A DNA stretch of 64,000 nucleotides from Octopus vulgaris. Lineage: Eukaryota. The notes beneath the pieces were generated by a model. The model saw only the letters and a program-made list of their open reading frames with translations. It was not told the origin of the DNA and made no database searches. Positions 1-14,479 of this stretch are shown one piece after another; the stretch's first letter is position 1; each line of letters opens with the position of its first letter. The stretch spans positions 85,560,001 through 85,624,000 of the forward strand of contig OX597815.1 of NCBI GenBank assembly GCA_951406725.2. The letters are read 5' to 3'. The position numbers and the translations under genes are program-made.

Positions 1-2804
1 ACAACAAAAAAACTGTGCTCTCTTCAGTCAGTCAAAATTTATCCCTTCGTTTGGGTCGAATAGAAAAAACAAAACAGAACGCAGATATGAAACGAAGAAA
101 TTGAAAACAACACACACGAACATATAAACAATCAATCAAACAAGAAAAAGAAATGTGCATTAACCTTCTAGATATCGTTTGCAAAATATATAAGGGTAAC
201 ATTTGAGATTATGAGATTTAGGATTCTCGAATGCTTTAAGAACTTTGGATGTTCAATGATTCATCCTCTCAACGTTTTATGTCCTATAGATGTTTGACAT
301 TCGATTATCAAGCTAATTTAGTAATTTATATCAGCTGTGGTATTTAACAACAGTATTTGACCTTCTCATTTCATTATTTTCGAGTAAATAGTTGTTCGTT
401 TTTAATTTTGTGAAATTTGAAGGTTTCAAAACGTACTTAAATACTGATTTTCTTTTTATTTTGGTGGAGGTAACATAAGCATATGCCCTCTGATTTTATA
501 GCGGAAGGGAAGTCGGGAAGATGATATGAGTGTGCAGGTGAATTGAAATATCTAAAGGTATGGAATGGAAACCAAAGTGAAAACCAGGTTGGGACATATA
601 TAATAAAGTGTTCAGTATTTATTTGTTCAGTAAATATAATGCTCGAGGTAATTGAAATATCCTATATTACATCATTGATATTTTTTGTAGATACGAAAAA
701 TATAATTTATGATATTGGAATTTGAAATTAGATCATCGAAAATTGTGACTAAACGCAAGAAGTCTTTATCTCAACTGCCAACTTACTACCGCTTAATCTC
801 TTTAACATTGATTTTATTCTTACACGTATAAGGGGAATAGGCTTTAGTTCCACCATCTTTTCTGAGTTTCTTTAATCGAGCTAGTAGAATCGTTGGTACG
901 CTGGACAAAATGCTTAGCGATATTTCGTCCGACTTTACGCCCCGAGTTCAATTTCCGCCGAGGTCGACTTTGTCTTTCATTCTTTCGGGATCGATAAGAT
1001 AAGTACCAGTTGGTCACCGGGGTCAATGAAATCGATTTGCCCCTTCCTCTAAAATGTCAGTTCTTATGCCTATAATTAAAAAAGATTATCAACTTTCTTC
1101 GCCAGGGGAATGGAAGGAAAGACAGATTAATCGTTGTGTGATTTTAGTTTGGATATGTGAAACTCGAAGTTAGAAACCGGTTCTCCAATCTCTACATTAT
1201 ATTCACCACATTGACTAATATTATTCTTAGCAGTGTGTTCCTCTGAATGCTCTATCAGCTAAACTGTTTCTAATATTGATAGAAGAATGATTTCATCGAA
1301 GGAAGTACATTTACAGCCAAAGTAACTGTGTTATGTATTTCCAAAACAGATAATTCTCAAACACTTACGAAAGAGTTTTCATACTTGTTCAGGAAGTGGC
1401 CACTCAAACTTAAACTCTAATATATTAATAATCTGATAGAATTATCGAAAATATGGTTTGATAGCATTATTTAAACGGAAAAAGATTAATTTGCTTTCGA
1501 TTGTTTTGATTTGTTCAGAGAACTGTCTCTGTTCGGCGCTATTGCTTCGTCTATGTTTTCTACTTAATCTCTAAACGTACGAAGTAATCCCCGGCCCTGT
1601 CAACACTGGCATGTTGTAACTCAACATTTCCTTTAAAATTTTATGTACTTAATGCGTACGATGATGCGATATGCAATTTTTTCTCCAGTGGAGGCGACAA
1701 TCAAGTGCACATTGGAGTCTGGATTCTTGAGGGCATGTAAACTTGAAAATATTAGGATAATAACATTTGTAAAATATTTTGAATATTTTGTTTGGAAACA
1801 TTTCAAATAGTCTAGCATTACTACAGATCAGCTCTCAGGTTAAGTTGTTGCCTTATAACTTTGATACTCTCGCATCCACAAATACAAAGAGAGAGGAATG
1901 TAATCTTCCCTCTTAGTACTTATCTTACTGACAACTCCGAAGGCTTTTTCTCATAATTTCCTCTCCTCTTTCCTTCTACGCTTAAGCCTCCTTTTTTTTT
2001 TTAGATGTTTACTCTTATATTCCAGCTGGTGTGCGTGTACGCACATAAGTTTCCGTGTTGTTTCTTTTAATGATATTCAACCACACCAAATCTCTCACTG
2101 TAAAAGAACACATTCGATAATGTGATTCTACGTATGAAAAAAACTCACCATGTATAAATAAAACAAGAAGTTCAGAGCTAGAGCGTCTTTCATTATTGGT
2201 TTTCTCGATCACAGCTGACCTGGAGCTAAACTATTGCAAAAACAAATTACCATGTTATCCCTGATATTCCCACTTCTTCCTTATTATCTAACCAATAATA
2301 CTTATTGTGTTCATGCTTTACTGATATGGGTAGTGATATAGATGTATATGAATAGCTGTATTCGATAAGTGCGGCTATTTTAATATAGTTATATGCCAGT
2401 GGTTATATCCTCTATTCATGTTAATTACATTGCGTCTCTTAATATTTTAACTCATTGCCAACTTCCGTGTGCAAATACCTGTATAAGCAATAAGTCAACT
2501 CTCCAAGTTCACATTCCTCGCCACAAATCTTCATCACTTAAGTCGTTGACCCGCAATCTCTAATTCTTCCTTACATACTTCAACTTTGTTTACAGCCTTC
2601 CAACTAGCAACTAATTTCTTCAAAGAAAAACCTAACTCAAAACATAATATGAATTTATCATAGTTTACAAATTTTAGAACCGGTCATTCCTTCTGCTAGC
2701 ACAGGCTATCAATAGTTTTTTTAGGACTCTATATTATTTTTCGGGATGTTAGAATATTTTGCGGTATGAGTATCTTTCTGTGCATTACTTTTATCAAGGC
2801 TTAC

Positions 2805-2924
2805 ATCTATACTTTTTCACATGAGCTTGTAGACCCAGATATATATCTATACCTTTTCCCATGATCTTGTAGATCTAGGTATATATCTATACTTTTTCAC
2901 ATGAGCTTGTAGACCTAGAGATAT
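2805..2924. repeat. 40-bp minisatellite, 3 copies
   Basis: ATCTATACTTTTTCACATGAGCTTGTAGACCCAGATATAT-type unit at 2805, 2845 and 2885. Confidence 0.9.
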
Positions 2925-5671
2925 ATTTCAACGAAAAATGTTTAATTCTTCTCTTTTGATTTCATAATATATATACTCTTGCAATCGCGTACAACTTACA
3001 ATAGTGATTCTCAAACAATTTAACCGATCGGACAACCTATCTTTATACTCATTCGTAATAAGCCATCCATTGTTATATAGCATTACTCAAAATAGTTGTT
3101 TACAGAGTATTGTATGATATTAACGCAAGAGATTACAAATTAATCATAATAGATTCCTCGTCCTTCTTAAGGATAATTTCACTCATAACGTTCTCTTAAG
3201 TAACTTCAGCATGTTCCATAAAACAAATGTAGAGGCACTTATTTGGAGCAAAAAGATTAGCTTATATGGAACATTAGCCTCACTTTAGAGGTGCCTGGAA
3301 AGAAAAAAAATGAAGTTTTAAAAACAAAGACCGTTTCGGAGCAAAGAACTCCCAGGTACGATAATTATATAACTGACATTATTATACAACTAATTGATAA
3401 CACTTCGATTAGTTGTTTGATAGATTCGTGACTGATACTGAGTTTAATTAAGTGATTGCATTATGGGTTTGATGTAAATTTTAATAACAGTTTGATTAAC
3501 TGGTTGTTTAATGGCTGTTAAATATATGGTCTGAGTATATAAGTGTCTGAGTAACTGATTGCGGGCATAATGGCGTGGCAGTTAATTAAGTGATAGATTT
3601 TTTTGGGTAATTGTTTGATTGTTTAAAACTTGTTAGCTAGTTGTAGCAATTGAGTGATTGTTTTCTGTTTACGTTATGATTTGATTAATTGTTTGATTGA
3701 TTAGATTACAAAGTCAAATTTTTATTTATTTCTTTGAAGGGTTCAGTACTATTTGAATCTTAAGAATTGTTTGTCCAAGATTTTGATGTTTGACAATTTA
3801 TAAGAAAGCTTGAAGCCTTAAAATCATGTTTAAATGTTTTTCAGGCTTTGTGATCCAACATAATTTGTTTGATGGTTTACACATTAATCGATTATTTGAT
3901 GACTTTGATAATTATTTTGATTTATTTGATGTTTTAATATTCCTAATGATTACACAATGACTGTTTACTTGTCTGCATTTACATTTATCGACCTGATTAA
4001 TAAAATTATTGGATATATTAGTTGACTTCCTCATCTGAGTAATATTTTAATTGATTATTGATGAATTACTAGTGTATTTACGTCGTAAAAATTATGCTAA
4101 ACCTAATTAAATTCTTCAGATAATTTTCATTAAAGATATAACATTTTGGATATTTCCCAGTTTTCCTTTCCGTTCGGGTAGTCTAATCTGCATTAGTGTA
4201 GCACAATATTGAAGTTAAAGTATTAATCTATTTATTTTTCTAGATCTAGATTATAATATTTAATTAACGTTTTAAATATAAACTACTTTTTGAAAGAATT
4301 ATCTCTCTCAAACATGTACATTCTCTTATTCAGAAAAAATTCGTTCGAGTAACTCTAGACATGTGTAAAAGTTGTATTACGATTGCACAACTTTTTCGCT
4401 AACGTTTGGGTTATTTGTCAACCATTTAACTGTGAATTCATCAAACGCACACAGACACCAACTCCACAAACAAACTCAGCAAACAAATTTCAAGAAATCT
4501 ATTTTATTTTGGATAATCAAAATGACTGCTTCGCTTGTTTTATTTCCGCTGTTGTGTTATCCGAATTCTTGATTATTGGATTAGATTCTGTCAGATACCT
4601 GTCACTTACATATTAATTGTATCTAGTTTTATTGTAATATAATAAAACTTAGTTGCGGTTATACAGTAAATGTAGATTTGTGTGCCGTATCATAAGAAGG
4701 AAATTTCAAGGAAAAGGTGTCGGTCGTATGAACTAATTAATATATTCTAGTTATAGTGTTTTAACAGTTTCGTGTGATATTCTACTGCATCACCAGCTGC
4801 AACTCAATGTTCATGAAATATTTGCAATATTGCTTTTTGGGAGTGTAATATGATGTTTGCATAATACATTTGTTTTGCTTTGTTCTTGGGCCTGTGTCGT
4901 GCTTCTGATGTTGCTTCAGTGTATCGTCTGTTTGTTGTATAAACGTTTTACGTGAATTGTATCATTTTGTTGGGCAATAATCGTGTTTTGTGTATGTCAT
5001 ATGAGTTGCATAATAGTATCGTGTGGTGATTATGTAGAATATGAACGGTGCGAGTTATTGATTGTGTTTAGTTTGTGTTATATTATTTAGGTGGCAGATT
5101 TACAGAATCTTAGGAGCTTCGGAATAAAAATACTTTCTTTGCAGCATTCCACTCTTTAAGGTCTGTGTTCAGATCTCGCCTTTCAACCATCTTGGGTCGC
5201 TAAAAACGAAGCATCAGTAAAGTATTGAGGTCCTTCTCACGCCAAATCCAGGCCTTGCGTCCACGTTAGAAACAATTATTGCGTAGTGATACAGTTGAAA
5301 CAACTATTTGGTTGATTATGTGTTGTGTGAGCAATGTTATATTACTGGATGATGTTTGTGTGGGTTATGCTGAGGCTTTGTTGTTGAACTTAATTTTTGC
5401 GTAGAGTATGCGCAATGTGAGTTGTGTCATTTTATTGGGTGGTGTTTGCGTAGAGTTGTGCTGTGTAAATTGTATTATGTGTTTTAGTGTCGGCTGTTGG
5501 TTGGTTTTATAGTATCGGGGGGGGGGGGGGTGTCGATTATGTAATAGTATGTGCTATGGTATTTATTGGGTAGTCGTATTCAGTATTTGCTAGGTTGTGC
5601 TATACTGTCTGGTGGCATTACCTTAGAGTATATGTTACTACGCGAATGATTTTATTGTGTGGTTATATGAG

Positions 5672-5734
<63 letters not shown>

Positions 5735-6728
5735 CGTGCGCGTATTAGGAAGAATGTAAACAGAAATGTTCTGACCTTTGAACTTCTTATCAAGCATGTC
5801 TTAAATGATTTTGACCGTATCCTGTTGTGGCCAAACCACTAGCCTGTGCCTTGTTCGGTGCATGTCTGGAACATTTCTCAACTATTTCCACATCGGTTTT
5901 ATGGATATATTCGGATTTGGCACCGACGGGGCAGCCACAAAATGATGTTAGCCTCTGTTTACATTGTTTTGTTTGAATAGTTTTCCATGACAAAGCATTG
6001 GACCCCGTTTTGGCTTTCCCTCTTGTTCACTTCCTCTCTGTCGGGTTTTGGTGAGGAATTGGTTCCACAAATTTTACTCTTCAGTTTTCGCTTTAATTTC
6101 TGCTGTTTTCTTTCCATCAAAATATTTTCTTCTATTTGGTTAGTTTCGAGTTCCTAATTTATTGTACTCCGTTAAAATTTACTTCAGCCATATACTTAAC
6201 AGTAATCATCGCTTACAATAACTAACTAAATAAATAAATGCTAAACAAAAAAAAATTAACCAAACAAAAAAACACAACAAAAATCTATTAACAAACAAGT
6301 ACCCCCCCCTCGAAAATAAAATGGATTTTTTTTTGCCAATTTAAAAAGATAATTTGAAAAAGAGGCGCTAACTGTATCAATTAACTGAATTTTCTGTGCA
6401 AGATGTTAGAGATACGTATTGATATTAAGGAATTGGGTGGTGTGAGTTTGTTTGGGTGGGTTTGTGTTTGTGTATGCTTGTGTGTGCGTGTTTGCATGTG
6501 TGCGTGCGCGCGTGTGTGTGTGTGTGTGTGTAGTGATACTCCAATGTGCTACATCCATATGCCTACACATATGACTATAAGTCTGTATAATTGTGTATGT
6601 TTCTATGTATACATAATTCGTTTGTGTTCCTGTGTATGCATATCTACACAGACACGGCTATACAGAACACACACACATACGTATTATATATACGAATATA
6701 TAGTATAATACATATATATATATTATAA

Positions 6729-7117
<389 letters not shown>

Positions 7118-7688
7118 AATATATATATTATAATAAACACTATATATATGGTATAATATCTGTGTGTGTGTGTGTGTATATATGTATAAATATTGTATGT
7201 AGTATATATATACGAATATACGGTGTGTACATGTGTGTGCATTATATTAAAAACTTTTGTATTTGTGAATATGTGTGTCTGTAAGTGTCTGTGTGTTTAT
7301 GCATGTGTATGGGTGTAAAGGAGTAAACACATAACTGTAAAATATAAGAACTCGCTTCTGTATCAGTACGTCTGCCAGCATGTTCGTGCGTGGCTTATCT
7401 CGTCTGCGTACGATTGTCTGTACGTAAGTACGTACGTATACTTATTCATCTTCAGTTCCTGACACTGTATCATATGGAGATGTATAAACAGAATACACAC
7501 ACACACACGTACATATACGCACGTATACGCACACACACATGTATACACACATCTGTGTGTGTGTGTATGCATCTCTGTGTGTGTATGTGTGCGTGCGTGC
7601 GTGCGTGTATGTCATCTTTTATGTCTGTTAATGTCTGGTTTACATGCGTATATTGTGTGAAGGAGAAAGAAAACAGGGAGAAAGAGGA

Positions 7689-7743
<55 letters not shown>

Positions 7744-7816
7744 TATATACATATATATATATCATGCATATATATATAATATATACATATGTATATGTAT
7801 ATATTATATATATATG

Positions 7817-7919
<103 letters not shown>

Positions 7920-8601
7920 GGGAATGAGGAAAAGGAGTGATAAATAGATATAGATAAAAATATATAATGAAAAATACAGACAGACAGTAAATATTATAAA
8001 GGAAAAAAAAAAAAGAAAGAAAGAACGAAAGAAAAGAAAAAAGGAAGACTAAAACAGACTGGAAATAGAGAGGAGGCGAGAACAAAAAGAAAAAAAAAAG
8101 AATGACAGATGAAACGTAGCAAGAATGGTAGCGATAGAGAGAATAAGAGATGATGCTTAGATAGTAACACACACACATACACTCAATAAAAAAACCCAAT
8201 AATATCAAGTGTAAAATAATTAGATAATTTATCATTTTAAATTTATCAATTATGTAATTTCCGATTTCCAATAAAAAAAAAATAAAAGAAATGCTTTTAT
8301 ATGATTTGTTTAATTTTTTTCTTATGTTTTATTTTTCATGTTTTTATCTCTCATTTGGTAATATATAATATCTAGTTATTCAGTCTACTGTCTAACAAGT
8401 TTTCTCATATTTTGTTAAGACCGTATTTTATTCAACTGAATTTTGCCTTTTGTTCTATTTCTCTTTTAGTGATGGATAAACGAATAATAAGCCATCATTG
8501 ATATTTTTTTTATAATCTCATCCCACGTTCGTTTGCTTCGCATATCTGCGCAACATCTTGTTAAAAAAAGACTGAAAATTTTAACAAAAAGACAAGATTT
8601 A

Positions 8602-8602
<1 letters not shown>

Positions 8603-8686
<84 letters not shown>

Positions 8687-8687
8687 G

Positions 8688-8777
<90 letters not shown>

Positions 8778-8860
8778 CGTATGTATGCGTATATGTGTGA
8801 ATATAAGAATGTATGTATGTATGTATGTATGTATGTATGTATGTATGTATGTATGTGTGT
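8603..8860. repeat. (TATC)n then (TATG)n microsatellite
   Basis: Direct reading. Comparable simple repeats at 5673-5730, 6715-6833, 7690-7915, 10045-10465, 14184-14262, 16465-16640, 17852-17907, 19690-19775, 20083-20380, 21955-22090, 38802-38970, 42345-42450. Confidence 0.95.
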
Positions 8861-9054
8861 GTGTAAAAGTATATATGTATGTATGTATCTAGCTATCTGT
8901 CTAAACTCCTGCCTAATTATCTATCTGTCTGTCTGTCTGATTTTATCATTCTGCTTATCTCCTCCTAGCCTTTCCTTGTTTCATTGTTTCTTTCTTTCTC
9001 TCTCTCTCCGTCTATCCTTATCTCTATGCTACATATCATTGCATTGTATATGCT

Positions 9055-9297
9055 AAGGCAGGAGAGGACCTGTGAGTGGTCGCTCGATCTCCTAGAAACA
9101 ACAGCCATATTTCCCTCAGATAACACTTGTCTTAGGAAAAAAATAAAGAACACATAAGATGATTCAGTCATGGATGCGCTGTCTGAAAAATAACAGAAGG
9201 AACGGTGGGTACGCTTGGAACGCACTTGATTGCCAGTCAGCTCAATTCAGGCTGACCTGGGGTTAAACAACAAAAACAAAAACAGTAACAACAACTA
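9055..9297 (+). repeat. Old dispersed repeat family D (CTAGAAA..CAGCCA..., ending GCTGACCTGGGG.TAAACAACAA)
   Basis: Diverged relatives seen at about 30000-30215, 37330-37530, 45040-45310 and in reverse at 34775-34890, 58430-58590, 62600-62775. Confidence 0.5.
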
Positions 9298-10068
9298 CAG
9301 TAAATATCTATCTGTTTCCTTGCTCAAGCCATTCACATATCTGTTTTCTTCTCCATTCATTAGAATGAGTATATTAATCACGCAATGACACATAGACACG
9401 CGTTTATAACTGATTATTACATTATATCATGTTCATATATTTATATATTGATATATTTTAATATTGTTTCATATATATTTTCCAGCTCTTTCCACTTCAA
9501 TATCCGCGCAAATCCACGCAATAAATAAAAACCGGACGAGATTTTCAAATGCTAAAAATCTACAACAAAAATGGCTGTTGAATTACTTCGCTTTCTTCTT
9601 TTCTTACTCGTTTATTCAATCAATTTCAATTTGAATTGGTGCTTATGAAATAAAACTAGTTGATTATTAATGCATTTTGTATCCGGTACGTGAATTACAG
9701 CGAAATACTTGAAGTGTTTGATTTTTTTTAATGTTATATTTGAACGCCTTTCGCTAACTTTCATCTTGCAGAGATCAATGTCATTATTATTATTGCTTAA
9801 CACTCGAAAGTAATAATAAATAAACATTTCAATAAGTAAATAAGTATATCAATAAAGAACGAGCTGTACTTATAGGAATAGCTGTTATAACAGAATTATT
9901 ATTAATCAGGTACGTGTGGGTGTTCATGCTTGTATGTATGTATAGAATATGTGTGTAAGAGTGTGCATATGATAATATATATACATACATATTCGTATGT
10001 CTGTGAATATATGTATATATAATTATATTTATATGTATGCATGGTTATATATACATACATACATACAT

Positions 10069-10099
<31 letters not shown>

Positions 10100-10166
10100 G
10101 ATAGATAGATAGATATATAGATATACACATACATATTTGTGTGGGGGATGTGAGTGTACATATATA

Positions 10167-10219
<53 letters not shown>

Positions 10220-10294
10220 CACATATATGTGTGTGGGTGAATGTGAGTGTACATATGTATATATATATATGTATTTATTCATGTATGTCTTTAT

Positions 10295-10341
<47 letters not shown>

Positions 10342-10419
10342 GAGAGAGAGAGAGAGAAATAGAGAATGAGAGAGCAAGAATGTGTGCGTGTGTGTAAGAG
10401 GGTGAATGAGTGAGTGGCT

Positions 10420-10467
<48 letters not shown>

Positions 10468-10974
10468 GAAACACAAAAACGCACACATGTATACCCTACA
10501 CATCAATATTCACAAAAGAACGTAGATACGTGTAAAACAAACTAATATTACATAGATTTGAATCAGAGAATCAGTTTTTGTAAAATCGATATTGGAAATA
10601 GATTTATAACAAGTAAAATATATGTAGCACACGCATTACCAAAATCCACCCTACAAAAAAGGAGAAAAAATTCAACTAAAAAAAGAAAAAAACAAGCAGG
10701 GAAAAATATATAACGAACAGCAAAGGAACTACATATTTGGGGAACATATTAGGACCACAAAGCAAGTCTTGCATTCATAACAATAAGAGACAAAAAAAAA
10801 AAAAATTTAAATTCCAATGTCACTTAAATGTAGAAATCTTGAATTTATATACAGGTAAAAAAAGGAGACTTCGAATTTTGTGGATAGGGAAAAAAATATC
10901 AAATTGATCCTAGTACTTGGATGGTAATTATTTCAACGACATAGAAAATAAATGGAAAGCTATGACTGTATTTA

Positions 10975-12335
10975 ATATTGGTTTCAAATTTTGACACAGG
11001 GTTAGCAATTTTGGGGGAGGGGGTAAGTCAATTGCATCGACAGCAGTGTTCAAATAGTTCTTATTTTATCGACCTCGAAGGGATGAAAATCAAAGTCGAC
11101 TCAGAACGAAAGGACGGATGAAATGCCGCTAAACATTTTGGTTGGCGTGCAAACTATATGACTGTATTTAATATTCTTTTTTACTCTAGGCATAAGGCCC
11201 AAAATCTTTGGGAAGCTGGACCAGCCAATTAGATCGACTCCAGTACGCGACTGGTACTTAATTTATCGACCTCGGTAGGATTTGAACTCAGAACATAAAG
11301 ACAGACGAAATACCTATTTCTTTACTACCCACAAGGGGCTAAACACAGAGAGGACAAACAAGGACAGACAAACGGATTAAGTCGATTATATCGACCCCCG
11401 TGCGTAACTGGTACTTAATTTATCGATCCCGAAAGAATAAAAGGCAAAGTCGACCTCGGTGGGATTTGAACTCAGAACGTAACGGCAGACGAAATACCTA
11501 TTTCTTTACTACCCACAAGGGGCTAAACACAGAGAGGACAAACAAGGACAGACGAACGGATTAAGTCGATTATATCGACCCCAGTGCGTAACTGGTACTT
11601 ATTTAATCGACCCCGAAAGGATGAAAGGCAAAGTCGACCTTGGCGGAATTTGAACTCAGAACGTAGCTGCAGACGAAATACCGCTAAGCATTTCGCCCGG
11701 CGTGCTAACGTTTCTGCCACCTCGCCACCTTTAAAGATTTTTGTAGAATTTTTTCTACTCTAGGCACAAGGCCTGAAATTTTTGAACAAGGAGAGTCCAG
11801 TCGGTTACATAGACCCCATTGTGCAACTGGTACTTAATTTATCGACCCCGAAACGAAGAGAGGCAAAGTCGACCTCGGGGGAATTTGAACTCAGAACATA
11901 AAGACAGACGAAATACCTGACTATATTTAATATTAAACTATAAAAGATGGCTAAAGTTCCTTTCTACTAGAGGCACCAGGCCTGAAGTTTTGGGGTAGGG
12001 GATAAGTAGATTACATCGACTCCAGTGTGTGAGTATTTCATCGACCGCGAACGGATGAAAAGCAAAGTCGACCTTGGCGGAATTTGAACTCAGAACGTAA
12101 GGACGGACGAAATGCCGCTGAGTATTTTGCGCGGCGTGCTAACGATTCTGACAGTTTGCCGCCTTAATGGTAGCGAAATATTTTTTTATACTCTAGGCAC
12201 AAGGCCCGAAATCTTTGGGGAGGGGCCAGTCGATTAGATCGTTCCTGTACGCAACTGGTACTTAATTTATCGTCCCCGAAATGCCGCTAAGCATTTCGTC
12301 CAGCGTGCTAACGTTCCTATTATTCACCGCCTTTT
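10975..12335 (-). mobile_element. Cluster and tandem array of SINE family B
   Basis: At least 6 same-orientation copies of the ATCGACCCCGAAAGGATGAAAGGCAAAGTCGACCTCGGCGGAATTTGAACTCAGAAC-type core, including ~180-bp tandem units at 11307-11680. Confidence 0.85.
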
Positions 12336-12626
12336 GTAGCGAAATATTAAAATGAAATTTATTCACCACTTCAAAAATATGGCCAATGGGAGCCTTTATG
12401 ATGAGGAAAAATTAACTCATTGATATTCGATACAGTTTACACATACGCTGTGACTACATATTTAGGTTAAACAGTAGATATTGATACAGTCGGTATTATC
12501 ACAAATCTGGTATGCAAAATATATTTTGGTAATAAAAATATTTGCTTTCAATTCTCTGTCTCTCTCTCCCCACCCCCTCTCTCTCGCTATACACACACAC
12601 ATATATAAGTATATATATATATATAT

Positions 12627-12925
12627 CACCGTGACCGACCAGGCTATCAGATGTTGCTGTACATCTCTGGTCACAATGCGCTTCGCATTGTTTTAGCCTT
12701 CGAATGACGCCACCCCGCTGGCTAAGCGAGCAGGTCAGCAGAAGAAAGAGTGAGAGAAAGTTGTGGCGAAAGAGTACATCAGGGATCGCCCCCCCCCTGC
12801 CGGAGCCTCAAGGAGCTTTAGGTGCTTTCGCCCAACATACACTCACAACGCCCGGTCTGGGAATCGAAACCGCGATCCTACGACCGCGAGTCCGCTGCCC
12901 TAACCAATGGGCCATTGCGCCTCCA
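12627..12925 (-). mobile_element. tRNA-derived SINE family C
   Basis: Minus-strand head GGAGGCGCAATGGCCCATTGGTTAGGGCAGCGGACTCGCGGTCGTAGGATCGCGGTTTCGATTCCCAGACC with A- and B-box-like motifs; flanked by microsatellites. Confidence 0.75.
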
Positions 12926-13223
12926 CATCTCTCTCTCTCACTCTCTGTCCCCCTCTCTCTCTATATATATATTTATATAACTACTTGGACTTTGAATATA
13001 TGCCTATTAGTATGTTGATTAAAGCACATTCACCTTTTGGGCTTCTTGAGGTCATCCGCAGTTACGATATAATTTTCACTGGATCTACTTCAGGAAATCC
13101 GCAGTGTTTGTAGTGTTTGTAATGGATAAAGAAGACGGAAGTTGGATTTAGTGCTAATCTTTATTCAGCACGACGTGCTGAATTCGTACTGAATACTTCT
13201 TCCGTTTCGTTCATCGATTAATA

Positions 13224-13277
<54 letters not shown>

Positions 13278-13280
13278 ACT

Positions 13281-13584
13281 CAAAATTACTGAGTTGTTAC
13301 AACAGAGTAGATCATAAGAAATTAGGAAGTAAGAATGCGTTCAGATAGTCTCTTACAGCTGTTTCAAGGATAGCTGCTCATATGATACATTTCTCCGAAA
13401 TGAACCTTATATGTATGTATTCTCCGAAGATGGAATAGACCGCTACTATATGTATAGATTATCTTCGTCTGGAAATGTATCATATGCGCATCTATTCTTG
13501 AAACAGTTGTAAGAGACTATCTGCACACCTTTTTACTTCCTTATTTCTTACAATCTACTATATTGTAACAACTCAGCAATTTTG
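13281..13584. repeat. Inverted repeat (arms 13281-13393 and 13472-13584), Penelope-like remnant
   Basis: About 110-bp arms that are reverse complements with scattered mismatches. Confidence 0.75.
13418..13517 (+). ncRNA. Degenerate hammerhead ribozyme motif inside an inverted repeat
   Basis: CCGAAGA-t-GGAATAGA...TCTATTCT-t-GAAACAGTTGTA-AGAGA; the inverted copy keeps the palindromic GAAACAGCTGTA; core has U4->C. Confidence 0.45.
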
Positions 13585-14182
13585 CTTCATTATATAAACG
13601 ACATGATCTAAACCGATACAGTCTGTTTGCCTGTTCATACTTTCATTCTACTGTACACGCACACATACACATATAGATCATATAGACTTACAAATATGTG
13701 CAATTCCCACATAATAAACTTTAAAATTTAGCATAAATATTTCGATAAAATGAAACTGACATTTATATCAAGGCTTGTGTAGTGAACTAATTCGTTGGAC
13801 ACTGGAACAGCGATTTTTAATTGGCTAGGCCTGTATTTTAATTACTAATATACACTTCAAAAAGAGACTGGGTGAATGAGATAACTAGAAACGCAGTGGC
13901 ATTACAAACTATGCTACTCATCCCTCTCGCTTACCTTTCCCTATTTTGATATAGAACTCGCTTTCATCCTTACAACATTCTCTCTCTCCCGCTCTCTCTC
14001 TCTCTCTCATACACGTTTACCTTTTCATTCTTCGAATCTCATACTCCATCTTACTTTCTCTCTTCCCGCCATTTATCTCTCACTTTCCTTTTTCACAATC
14101 CATCCCTCCTTCCCCATCTTTTACTATCCTCTTTGAACCCCCTCTTTGCTTTCACTAATTTCTTTTTCTTATATTCCTCTCA

Positions 14183-14213
<31 letters not shown>

Positions 14214-14479
14214 TGTATGTATGTATGTATGTATGTATGCATGTATGTATGTATGTATGTATCTATCATCATCTACTCTCTTTCTCCTTATCTCTCCGTT
14301 GCAAGATCTGCCACTTACTCTTCCACTTTGTCTCTCAAGGTAGTTTAATCGCTGTTCCTTTTCATTCCAACTCTCAGGCGTTTTATTACATTTGATGAGG
14401 CAGAAACAACAAAGAATTTATATTCCTCTCTCAAATGATACAGTTCGTAAGCGCAGTTCGTAACTATCTTCTGACATCG

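Noticed and set aside
3289-3355. Possible + strand micro-exon (TTTAG|...CAG|GTACG); similar candidates at 54166-54286, 57780-57856, 60668-60798 and 63961-63995
   Set aside because: Splice-like ends only; no recognisable protein and no consistent chain of exons
3380-5670. Strand-biased TGAT- and TGTGT-rich stretches
   Set aside because: Best explained as decayed simple repeats; no defined unit or coding signal
11307-11680. Regularly spaced repeats resembling a CRISPR array
   Set aside because: Eukaryotic SINE units of ~180 bp without unique spacers or cas genes
12845-12925. tRNA-like sequence
   Set aside because: Continues into a SINE body and lacks a clean acceptor stem; treated as a SINE head
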